A stretch of 64,000 nucleotides of DNA from Chitinophaga pinensis (GTDB lineage Bacteria; Bacteroidota; Bacteroidia; Chitinophagales; CAIOSU01): NCBI GenBank assembly GCA_945901065.1, contig CAMDKI010000004.1, positions 29,166-93,165 of the forward strand, written 5' to 3'. A program made the position numbers and the translations under genes. Positions 8,325 through 16,781 of the stretch are shown piece after piece (position 1 is the stretch's first letter; the number at the start of each line of letters is the position of its first letter). The notes under the pieces are model-generated. The model did no database searches and was not told the origin of the DNA. It saw only the letters and a program-made list of their open reading frames with translations.

Positions 8325-10352
8325 ATGAGTTTTGTGTACCCGGCCTTTTTGTTTGCTTCGGCGTTGGTAGCTATACCTATTATTGTGCACTTATTTAATT
8401 TTAGGCGCTACAAAACGGTATACTTTACCAATGTGCGTTTTTTGAAGGAAGTAAAGGAGGAAACTACCAGCCGCAGCAAACTGAAACATTTGTTGGTGCT
8501 GGCAGCGAGAGTTCTGGCTGTGTTGTTTTTGGTGTTTGCATTTGCCCAGCCTTTTATTCCAGTTTCGAAAAACGATTTGCCGAAAGACGGAAACAGGGGC
8601 ATCTCCATATTTATCGACAACTCATTTAGCATGAGTGCCGAGGCCGATGACGAGGCATTGCTGCTAAAGGCGAAGCGAAAGGCAAGAGAGATAGTGGATG
8701 TGTATGGCGAAACAGGTCGTTTTCAGTTATTAACCAACGACTTTGAAGCCCGACACCAGCGCTTCGTATCGCGCGAAGAGGTGTTGAACCTAATTGATGA
8801 AGTGCAGCCTACCCCTCGCAGCCGCCCATTGCGTGAAGTATTAGCCATGCAGAAAAAAACGTATGCCGATGCCCGAATGGAAAATAACGTGGCATATTGG
8901 TTATCCGATTTTCAAAAAAACATTGCCGATTTTGAGCCCGATACGGCCATTAATCTTTCGTTGGCACCGCTGCAATCAGTAAAGCAGCAAAACGTGTATG
9001 TCGATTCGGCATGGTTTGAGCGACCAGTTATCTTTACCAACCAGCCCAATAACCTATTTGTGAAAATAGTAAACAGCGGAGATGGAGAGGTGGAAAACAA
9101 CCGGTTGACGCTAAATATTAACGGGCAGACAAAAGCTATTAATGATTATAGTATTGCTGCCAATAGTTTTACTATCGATACTTTGGCATTTACGGTACCT
9201 CAAGACGGCTGGTACCGAGCTGAGCTAAGCATTCAAGATTACCCAATTACTTTTGATGACAACTACTACATGGCTTTCCGGTCCACCGGAAAAGTACCGG
9301 TTTTGGTTATCAATGAAGAACAGGAGGGACCATTTCTGAAAGCTATATATGCCGATAGTGAGCGTTTTGGACTGACCAATCAAGCTATAAACAAGTTAGA
9401 TTATACGGCACTAAACCGAAATGGCTTAATAGTGCTGAACAATCTAAGCACAATACCTTCAGGTTTGGCTGCAGAGTTGGTAAAGTACCTTCAAAATGGA
9501 GGTGCATTAGTGGTGTTTCCTAGTGCAAAGGCCGATATTAGCTCATTTAATAACTTTTTTGGAGCGGTTGGGGTAAACAAAATTGCAGGATTAAGTACTA
9601 CTGAAATGCCTGTTACCGCCCTAGAAACCAACCATGAATTGTTCAAAGACGTGTTTGAATCGGTGCCGCGCAACCTATCATTGCCCAATACCAAATTGCA
9701 CTACACTTTTTCTCCTACCACCCGCAGCAACGAGCAGGAGCTTTTAACGTTTAGAGACGGCAGTTCGTTTATGAGTGCTTATGAATATGATGGAGGTAAG
9801 CTTTATATAGCTGCAAGCCCCTTGGATAGGGACATAACCGATTTCCCGGTGCACGCCATATTTGTACCGATGCTATATAAAATGGCATTAAGTGGCGGCC
9901 AATTGCAAGCGCCAGCTTATACTTTGGGAAATGACAATGTGGTTGAAGTGATTGCTGAAGTGGTAAACCCAGATGAATCATTAAAATTAAAAGGGAACAA
10001 TGCCGAGTTTATACCACAACAGCGCATCAATGGAAACAGGATATTATTGACCGTTAATGACCAAAGCTTGCGAGATGCTGGTATATTTGAGGTGCAAGAT
10101 AAAAACGGTAAGGTGCTTGCTGTTACGGCATTTAACTATAATAGAAGTGAATCGGTAGCGGAGTATTACACCCTTGACGAGCTAAAGAACCGTTACCCTG
10201 AAAATACGGTTGCTGTGCTTGATGCCAGCAGCTCCAATTTTGCAGGTTTGGTACAGGAGTTTGACCGTGGGATTGTGCTATGGAAACTTTGTATTATTTT
10301 TGTGTTAGTATTTGCCGGAATAGAGGCGCTGCTTTTGCGCTTTATGAAATAA
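8325..10352 (+). CDS. BatA-domain-containing membrane protein
   Basis: N-terminal double-TM aerotolerance-regulator motif (MSFVYPAFLFASALVAIPIIVHLFNFRR), a large periplasmic region and a C-terminal TM anchor. Confidence 0.75.
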   Translation: MSFVYPAFLFASALVAIPIIVHLFNFRRYKTVYFTNVRFLKEVKEETTSRSKLKHLLVLAARVLAVLFLVFAFAQPFIPVSKNDLPKDGNRGISIFIDNSFSMSAEADDEALLLKAKRKAREIVDVYGETGRFQLLTNDFEARHQRFVSREEVLNLIDEVQPTPRSRPLREVLAMQKKTYADARMENNVAYWLSDFQKNIADFEPDTAINLSLAPLQSVKQQNVYVDSAWFERPVIFTNQPNNLFVKIVNSGDGEVENNRLTLNINGQTKAINDYSIAANSFTIDTLAFTVPQDGWYRAELSIQDYPITFDDNYYMAFRSTGKVPVLVINEEQEGPFLKAIYADSERFGLTNQAINKLDYTALNRNGLIVLNNLSTIPSGLAAELVKYLQNGGALVVFPSAKADISSFNNFFGAVGVNKIAGLSTTEMPVTALETNHELFKDVFESVPRNLSLPNTKLHYTFSPTTRSNEQELLTFRDGSSFMSAYEYDGGKLYIAASPLDRDITDFPVHAIFVPMLYKMALSGGQLQAPAYTLGNDNVVEVIAEVVNPDESLKLKGNNAEFIPQQRINGNRILLTVNDQSLRDAGIFEVQDKNGKVLAVTAFNYNRSESVAEYYTLDELKNRYPENTVAVLDASSSNFAGLVQEFDRGIVLWKLCIIFVLVFAGIEALLLRFMK

Positions 10353-10374
10353 ACCGAGAGGGATAAACCACTTC

Positions 10375-11652
10375 ATGGATATCATCATCAGGGCTGCCCG
10401 TATAATTGATTCTGCCGGTAACACGGCTGCCCGGCAACAAGATATTCTTATCCGTAAGGGTAAGATTGAAAGTATTGCCGACCATATTCCTAATGACAAG
10501 AAGCTTAAAGAAGTTACGGGCACTAACCTGCACGTATCCATTGGCTGGGTTGATATGTGCGCTTTTATTGGCGACCCAGGGCTAGAGCATCGGGAAGATT
10601 TGAAATCCGCTATTCAATCTGCAGCAGCCGGCGGATTTACAACCGTGTTGGCTAACCCCAACACTAAGCCTGCGCTGCATTCCAAATCAGAAATTGAATA
10701 CGTTATTCGTAAAAGTAGCGGCAGTGTGGTGAATATATTGCCTATTGGTGCAATAAGTCAAGATTGTAAGGGAGTGGATTTAACCGAGATGCACGACATG
10801 CATGAGGCTGGTGCCGTAGCCTTTGGCGATGGGTTTAACTCAAGTTTGAACGCCGGCATTACCCTCAGGAGCTTGCAATATGTGAAACCATTCGGGGGCT
10901 TGATAATTACCCATCCATTTGAGCGCAATATAGCCAAGAGCGGACAAATGAATGAGGGTGTGACCAGTACCTTACTTGGTATGCACGGTATTCCGCATCT
11001 TGCTGAGGAGCTTATGGTAAAACGCGACTTGGATATATTGGAGTACACAGGTAGCCGTTTACACTTTGCTTACGTGTCCACTCCAGCTTCGGTAGAATAT
11101 GTTAAAAAAGCAAAGGCAAATGGTCAATTGGTTACCTGCTCAGTTACACCATACAATTTAATGTTGGAAGACGAGCTGGTAATGGAGTACGATAGTAATT
11201 ATAAACTAATGCCACCTTTGCGCACCAAGGCCGATAACCAAGCCATGGTGAAAGCCCTGAAAGATGGCACCATTGATACCATTGCGAGTTTCCACATTCC
11301 GCACGACCCCGAGAGTAAAGATTTGGAGTTTGATATGGCCGACTTTGGCATGATAGCCTTTGAAACAACGTTTGCTCTATTGAATACGCACTTAGGCAAA
11401 AAAGTTGGGCTGGAGACCTTGATAGAAAAGTTAACCATCGGCCCGAGGGATATTCTTGGATTGGAGATACCAGAAATAGAAGAAGGCGCAGTGGCTGATT
11501 TAACTATCTTCGACCCAGAAGAAAAGTGGACTTTTACTGTCGGGGATATTAAATCGCGCTCTAAAAACTCACCGTTTTTGGGGCAAGAATTTACAGGCAG
11601 GGTAGTGGGAATAGTAAATAATGGCCAAGTGCATTTAAACGAAAATCGCTAA
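10375..11652 (+). CDS. dihydroorotase-like amidohydrolase, predicted non-catalytic (PyrC'-like)
   Basis: Colinear with class I dihydroorotases (YVSTPASVEYVKKAK, PPLRTKADNQAMVKALKDGTIDTIAS). The metal and catalytic positions are substituted (see finding). Confidence 0.8.
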   Translation: MDIIIRAARIIDSAGNTAARQQDILIRKGKIESIADHIPNDKKLKEVTGTNLHVSIGWVDMCAFIGDPGLEHREDLKSAIQSAAAGGFTTVLANPNTKPALHSKSEIEYVIRKSSGSVVNILPIGAISQDCKGVDLTEMHDMHEAGAVAFGDGFNSSLNAGITLRSLQYVKPFGGLIITHPFERNIAKSGQMNEGVTSTLLGMHGIPHLAEELMVKRDLDILEYTGSRLHFAYVSTPASVEYVKKAKANGQLVTCSVTPYNLMLEDELVMEYDSNYKLMPPLRTKADNQAMVKALKDGTIDTIASFHIPHDPESKDLEFDMADFGMIAFETTFALLNTHLGKKVGLETLIEKLTIGPRDILGLEIPEIEEGAVADLTIFDPEEKWTFTVGDIKSRSKNSPFLGQEFTGRVVGIVNNGQVHLNENR

Positions 11653-11655
11653 GCA

Positions 11656-12258
11656 ATGAACCAACTGCAAGAAACCAGTATTCAGAAATTAGGATTGCGC
11701 AACGGCATAATTGCAGGAATACTGAGCATTGTTTATACCCTTGTATTGTATAGCATGGGTGGCGACTTGATGTTCAAAACCTCGGTTCAAATGCTGGGCA
11801 ATGTTTTTTTGGTCGGTACTATGATATACACAGTGCAGTCTTATCGCAAAGCGCATGGCAATTATGTGAGCTTCAAGCAAGCATTTGGCGGGGCATTTTC
11901 GGTGGGGGTTTTAGGTATTCTTATACCTCTGGTATTTGCTTACATGTTGTATGCTTTTATCGATCCAGAATTGACCATGCGGTTGAAGGATTACAGCGTA
12001 AAGGTATCCATCGAAATGTTCCAATGGTTCAATATGAGTGAAGATCAAATTGAGGAGGCATTGGACAAAATCAAAGAGCAAGATTATTCGCCCACTATTG
12101 CCAACTATGCTAAAGGTTATGCTGGTGGACTGTTAATGGGAGCATTGTTCGCCGTTATTATTGCATTGGTGTTTTGGATAATTTCAAGAAAAAATGAGCC
12201 AACACCTGACCTTGCCTCATTTGGCACCGACACCGATCAAAATATACTGGACAACTAA
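11656..12258 (+). CDS. DUF4199-like integral membrane protein
   Basis: About 4 TM segments in 200 aa. It sits between the dihydroorotase-like gene and a GT2 gene, and its stop overlaps the next start (TAATG). Confidence 0.6.
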   Translation: MNQLQETSIQKLGLRNGIIAGILSIVYTLVLYSMGGDLMFKTSVQMLGNVFLVGTMIYTVQSYRKAHGNYVSFKQAFGGAFSVGVLGILIPLVFAYMLYAFIDPELTMRLKDYSVKVSIEMFQWFNMSEDQIEEALDKIKEQDYSPTIANYAKGYAGGLLMGALFAVIIALVFWIISRKNEPTPDLASFGTDTDQNILDN

Positions 12259-13196
12259 TGCAGCTATCCATAGTAATACCACTTTATAATGAGGAAGAGT
12301 CGCTTCCAGAACTGCACGCTTGGATAAAAAGGGTAGTGGATAGGGAAGGCTATGACTATGAGGTCTTGTTTGTTGATGACGGCAGCCGCGACAATTCATG
12401 GAAGGTAGTTCAAAGCTTAGCGCAGGAAAATCCTCGAGTTAAAGCTATCCAGTTTCAACGCAATTACGGTAAATCGGCTGCTTTAAACGAAGGTTTCCAA
12501 GCTGCCCAAGGAGATGTGGTAATAACCATGGATGCCGACATGCAAGATAGCCCCGATGAAATACCAGAGCTATATAACATGATTGCTAGTGGCGAGTTTG
12601 AGTTGGTATCGGGCTGGAAACAAAAGCGTTTCGACCCTTTGACCAAAACCATACCTACTAAAATATATAATGGCGTTTCGCGGTTCTTTACGGGCATTAA
12701 GTTGCACGATATGAACTGTGGTCTAAAAGCTTACAAACGCCAAGTAGTAAAAAGCATAGAGATATACGGTGAAATGCACCGCTACATACCGGTAATTGCC
12801 AAGCGTGCCGGATTTAGTAAAATAGGGGAAAAGGTAGTGCAGCATCGCGAACGCCAATACGGCGTTACCAAATTTGGGATGGATCGTTTCGTGAACGGTT
12901 TTTTGGATTTGCTGTCCATTCTTTTCGTTACCCGATTCAGTAAAAAGCCCATGCATTTTTTTGGCACCATGGGTTTGTTGGTGTTCTTTATTGGGTTTGT
13001 TATTCTGCTGTATCTAAGTATCAGTAAGTTCTTTTTCCAAGGATATGGCATGACCGATAGGCCGATTTTTTATTTCGGATTGGTAACCATTATTATTGGT
13101 GTTCAATTGTTCCTTACCGGATTTTTGGCAGAGTTGATTTCACGCAGCGCTGCCGATAGAAACGATTATCTTATCAGCCAGCGTATTGGATACTGA
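12258..13196 (+). CDS. family 2 glycosyltransferase (polyprenyl-phosphate sugar transferase type)
   Basis: SIVIPLYNEEESL, FVDDGSRD and TMDADMQD (DxD) motifs, with two C-terminal TM helices. Confidence 0.85.
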   Translation: MQLSIVIPLYNEEESLPELHAWIKRVVDREGYDYEVLFVDDGSRDNSWKVVQSLAQENPRVKAIQFQRNYGKSAALNEGFQAAQGDVVITMDADMQDSPDEIPELYNMIASGEFELVSGWKQKRFDPLTKTIPTKIYNGVSRFFTGIKLHDMNCGLKAYKRQVVKSIEIYGEMHRYIPVIAKRAGFSKIGEKVVQHRERQYGVTKFGMDRFVNGFLDLLSILFVTRFSKKPMHFFGTMGLLVFFIGFVILLYLSISKFFFQGYGMTDRPIFYFGLVTIIIGVQLFLTGFLAELISRSAADRNDYLISQRIGY

Positions 13197-13198
13197 TT

Positions 13199-14188
13199 AT
13201 GCTATACTCCCTTATTATACCGCTATACAACCGACCCGACGAGATACGGGAGTTATTGGAAAGCCTGCTGCTGCAGACTTATAAAAACTTTGAGGTGATT
13301 GTGGTTGAAGATGGCTCAAAACCAGAACTCAGCGCCGAGCAAATAGTAATGAGTTATGCTAATAGGTTGGATGTAAAGTACTTTTACAAAATCAATGCTG
13401 GTCAAGGTTTTGCGCGTAACCATGGTTTTGAGCGTGCCAAAGGCGATTACTTCATTATTTTCGATTCCGACATTATTGTGCCTCCACATTATATGGAGGC
13501 GGTAAATAAAGAGGTTACCGAGCGTGGCTTAGATGCCTTTGGTGGCCCCGATGCAGCTCACGAGTCGTTTACCGATGTGCAAAAGGCTATTAGCTATTCC
13601 ATGACCTCTTATTTTACCACTGGAGGCATTAGGGGCAAGAAGAAAAACTTGGGGCCTTATCACCCGCGTAGCTTCAATATGGGACTGTCGCGTAAGGTAT
13701 ACGAAACCGTCGGTGGATTTATTATCCCATTTATGGGCGAGGATATTGAATATAGTATCCGCATATTGAAGGCAGGCTTTAAATCTGGATTGATTGAGGA
13801 AGCGTATGTGTACCATAAGCGCCGCACTGACTTCAAACAGTTTTTCAAGCAGATAAAGTTTTTTGGTAGGGCGCGCATCAACATTCATAGCTTTTTTCCG
13901 AGTGAGTTGAAAGTAGTACATTTCTTCCCAGCAGCATTCACCCTTTATTTATGTTTGGTGCCGATAATGATACTAGTTTTGCCATCAACAGGGTGGTGGA
14001 TGTTCCGCTTTTTGTTCTTGTTCACGTTCGTCATTTTTGCCGATGCGACCAGTAAGCACGACGACCTAAAAATTGGCGCTTACTCGGTTGTGGCATCATA
14101 CATACAGCTTACCGCTTATGGCATAGGTTTTATGGATGAAGCCTATCACCGTTGGGTAAAGAAGGAGGCAACCAATGCCAAGCAATAA
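13199..14188 (+). CDS. family 2 glycosyltransferase
   Basis: SLIIPLYNRPDEI, VVEDGSKP and FDSDIIV motifs, with a C-terminal membrane segment. Confidence 0.8.
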   Translation: MLYSLIIPLYNRPDEIRELLESLLLQTYKNFEVIVVEDGSKPELSAEQIVMSYANRLDVKYFYKINAGQGFARNHGFERAKGDYFIIFDSDIIVPPHYMEAVNKEVTERGLDAFGGPDAAHESFTDVQKAISYSMTSYFTTGGIRGKKKNLGPYHPRSFNMGLSRKVYETVGGFIIPFMGEDIEYSIRILKAGFKSGLIEEAYVYHKRRTDFKQFFKQIKFFGRARINIHSFFPSELKVVHFFPAAFTLYLCLVPIMILVLPSTGWWMFRFLFLFTFVIFADATSKHDDLKIGAYSVVASYIQLTAYGIGFMDEAYHRWVKKEATNAKQ

Positions 14189-14939
14189 GCCCTACCCAAA
14201 GGTTAGTATCATTACGGTGGTGTACAATAGTCGCGATGCACTGAAAGCAACGATAGAGAGCATCAGTTCGCAAACCTATCCTAATATTGAGCACATTGTT
14301 ATTGATGGCGGCTCTACTGATGGGAGTGTGCAGGTTGTCAACGAATACAAAGACCTCATTTCCTATTACGTTTCAGAAAAGGATAAGGGCTTATACGATG
14401 CTATGAACAAGGGTTTGCGTGCAGCCACTGGAGAGTTTGTATGGTTTATCAATACCGGAGATTACATTGAGAACCATAGCACCTTAATGCATCTTTATAA
14501 GCAATGGGGCCTGAAGGACGATGTTTACTATGGCGAAACCAATTTTATTGATGAAACCGCAAAAATACTTGGTACGCGCAGCCAACTAACCACCCGTAAA
14601 GTGCCGGAGCAACTTACCTGGAAAAGCTTTAGGCATGGACAAGTAGTTTCGCATCAATCTATTATTGTAAAAAGGGAATTGGCAGGCGAGTTTGACTTGC
14701 AATATAAGGTAAGTGCCGATGTGGATTGGGGTATTACCGCACTGAAAAAGGCGAATAGTATAGTTAATACTCACCAAATACTGACCAAGTATTTGGTTGG
14801 TGGCTTCTCAAAGCAGCACCAGCAAACAAGTTGGAAGGAACGGTTTAATATCTTTGTGAAACACTACGGTTGGTTTCAGGCTATCATTTATCACATTTAC
14901 TTTATCTTGAGGGCTGTTCAATTTAAAATTCAAAATTGA
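14175..14939 (+). CDS. family 2 glycosyltransferase
   Basis: VSIITVVYNSRDAL and IVIDGGSTDGS motifs. The last codons (FKIQN*) are encoded by the AT-rich repeat at 14920..14952. Confidence 0.8.
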   Translation: MPSNKPYPKVSIITVVYNSRDALKATIESISSQTYPNIEHIVIDGGSTDGSVQVVNEYKDLISYYVSEKDKGLYDAMNKGLRAATGEFVWFINTGDYIENHSTLMHLYKQWGLKDDVYYGETNFIDETAKILGTRSQLTTRKVPEQLTWKSFRHGQVVSHQSIIVKRELAGEFDLQYKVSADVDWGITALKKANSIVNTHQILTKYLVGGFSKQHQQTSWKERFNIFVKHYGWFQAIIYHIYFILRAVQFKIQN

Positions 14940-14952
14940 AAATTTAAAATTG
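14920..14952. repeat. solo arm of the AATTT(G/A)AAAAT low-complexity repeat family
   Basis: AATTTAAAATTCAAAATTGAAAATTTAAAATTG resembles the arms at 15605..15640 and 48151..48187, but no complementary arm lies nearby. Confidence 0.6.
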
Positions 14953-14987
14953 ACCGAAGACAGTTGGCATTAAAACTTAATTATCAA

Positions 14988-15019
14988 GTCTTGTGTCTTT
15001 CGTCTTGTGTCTTATGTCT
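14988..15019. repeat. short tandem GTCTTGTGTCT repeat
   Basis: GTCTTGTGTCTTTCGTCTTGTGTCTTATGTCT lies directly upstream of gmhA. Confidence 0.6.
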
Positions 15020-15024
15020 AAACC

Positions 15025-15606
15025 ATGAGCAATAAACATAAAATAGAACAGCGATTGAACGAAGCCTTTTCGCTTCGCGAGGCGGTAATGGGCAATGCGG
15101 AACTACTGCAACAAGTGGAGAAAGCCGCAGGGCTGATGTACATGGCCTTGAGCAACGGACATTCGGTGTTGTTTTGTGGCAATGGCGGCAGCGCTGCCGA
15201 TGCGCAACATTTAGCTGCGGAACTGAGCGGAAGATATTACCTTGACCGTAAACCTTTGGATGCTGAGGCATTGCACGTTAATACCTCTTATCTTACTGCC
15301 ACGGCCAACGATTTTGGCTTCGACCACGTGTATAGCCGCTTAGTAGAGGCCAAAGGAAAGAAAGGGGATGTGTTGGTTGCACTATCTACTTCTGGCAACT
15401 CGGCCAATGTGGTGAATGCCGCAAAACAAGCCCGCGAGCAGGGCCTCATAACCATTGGCTTTACAGGCAAAAATGCTAGTCAAATTGACGACCATTGTGA
15501 TGTGCTTATCAAAATACCAAGTACCGATACCCCGCGCATACAGGAGCTGCACATCCTCCTTGGACACATCATCTGCGAAATAGTGGAGCAAGAGCTGTTT
15601 GGTTAA
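15025..15606 (+). CDS. gmhA: D-sedoheptulose-7-phosphate isomerase (SIS domain)
   Basis: LFCGNGGSAADAQHLAAEL and VLVALSTSGNSANV match GmhA. Size is 193 aa. Confidence 0.85.
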   Translation: MSNKHKIEQRLNEAFSLREAVMGNAELLQQVEKAAGLMYMALSNGHSVLFCGNGGSAADAQHLAAELSGRYYLDRKPLDAEALHVNTSYLTATANDFGFDHVYSRLVEAKGKKGDVLVALSTSGNSANVVNAAKQAREQGLITIGFTGKNASQIDDHCDVLIKIPSTDTPRIQELHILLGHIICEIVEQELFG

Positions 15607-15697
15607 TTTGAAAATGTGCCAATTTGGAAATTTGAAAATGTTAGAACACAATACACAAAATCATTTTCAAATTAGCTCATTTCCAAATTTTCAAATT
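15605..15697. repeat. AT-rich palindromic element (36-nt arms, 21-nt loop) filling a convergent intergenic gap
   Basis: Left arm AATTTGAAAATGTGCCAATTTGGAAATTTGAAAATG and right arm CATTTTCAAATTAGCTCATTTCCAAATTTTCAAATT. The terminal 11-12 nt at each end pair perfectly. The element overlaps both stop codons (15604-06 and 15696-98). It is near-identical in layout and sequence to 48151..48261. Confidence 0.85.
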
Positions 15698-16532
15698 AAT
15701 ATCGGAATCCCTTTTGCGGCCTATTCAACAAATCAACGTCTTGCTCGTTTTTAAGGAGCGCACCTAAGTGCGGTAGCTTGTCTTTTTGCAGGGTGATGTC
15801 GCCTAAGGCATCGGCATTCGCACCTTCTGATATCAATAGCTGCAGCCAATCAATCAACTCACTGGTGCTCGGGCGTTTCTTGATGCCGCGCACTTCGCGC
15901 AGCTCATAAAACAACCGCATCGATTGCAGCACCAGCGATTCGGCTAAATCAGGGTAATGCACCTTTACAATCTCTTGCATGGTTTCCTTATCCGGAAAAG
16001 AAATGAAGTGGAACAAGCAGCGACGCAGAAACGCATCGGGCAGTTCCTTCTCATTGTTACTGGTAATAATAACGATGGGGCGCGTGCGGGCTTTAATGGT
16101 TTTTTGCAACTCGTAGCAGTAGAACTCCATCTTGTCCAACTCCAATAGTAAGTCATTCGGGAATTCGATATCGGCCTTATCAATTTCGTCAATCAACAAT
16201 ACCATTTGCTCGTCGCTATCAAAAGCTTCCCACAGCTTACCTTTCTTGATGTAGTTGGCTATATTTTCTACTCCATCGCCACCCAATTGCGAATCGCGTA
16301 GGCGCGACACGGCATCATACTCATACAAGCCTTGCTGCGCCAGCGTAGTGGATTTGATGTGCCAAGTTATCAGTTTCTTGCCTAATGCTTTCGATATTTC
16401 GTGCGCCAAAAGGGTTTTGCCCGTTCCAGGTTCACCCTTTACCAATAGAGGCTTTTGCAACTTAATAGCTGCATTAACGGCAATCTGTAATTCTCGTGTG
16501 GCAACATACTGCTCTGTACCTTCAAAATTCAT
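15696..16532 (-). CDS. MoxR-family AAA+ ATPase (CbbQ/NorQ-size, AAA_5 type)
   Basis: Walker A (GEPGTGKT), Walker B (LLIDEIDKA) and sensor region (IITSNNEKELPDAFLRRC). Size is 278 aa. Confidence 0.85.
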   Translation of the reverse strand: MNFEGTEQYVATRELQIAVNAAIKLQKPLLVKGEPGTGKTLLAHEISKALGKKLITWHIKSTTLAQQGLYEYDAVSRLRDSQLGGDGVENIANYIKKGKLWEAFDSDEQMVLLIDEIDKADIEFPNDLLLELDKMEFYCYELQKTIKARTRPIVIITSNNEKELPDAFLRRCLFHFISFPDKETMQEIVKVHYPDLAESLVLQSMRLFYELREVRGIKKRPSTSELIDWLQLLISEGANADALGDITLQKDKLPHLGALLKNEQDVDLLNRPQKGFRY

Positions 16533-16583
16533 CGCTATGTGGTTATTAGTTATTAGTATACTGGTTGTTTGTTGATTGGTAAG

Positions 16584-16757
16584 CTATTGCAGCCGTTTCC
16601 GATTTCTAATGGGTGTGTTTGGCGCTTTGTTTGTTTTTGGTTTTTCTGTATTCCCTTTTCGCAAACTTCCTACAAGCGACTTGATGCTCTTATCAACTTG
16701 CAAGCGATTGTGTTTTTGCTCCGGTGTTTCTTTACTAGGCTTATCCTGCTCGCTCAT
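16584..16757 (-). CDS. possible small basic protein (57 aa), hand-called and below the track cutoff
   Basis: Minus-strand ATG at 16757 gives MSEQDKPSKETPEQKHNRLQVDKSIKSLVGSLRKGNTEKPKTNKAPNTPIRNRKRLQ*. It lies on the same strand between the POT transporter and the MoxR ATPase. There is no homology evidence. Confidence 0.25.
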   Translation of the reverse strand: MSEQDKPSKETPEQKHNRLQVDKSIKSLVGSLRKGNTEKPKTNKAPNTPIRNRKRLQ

Positions 16758-16781
16758 GGCACTAATTTAACCAAAACCATT

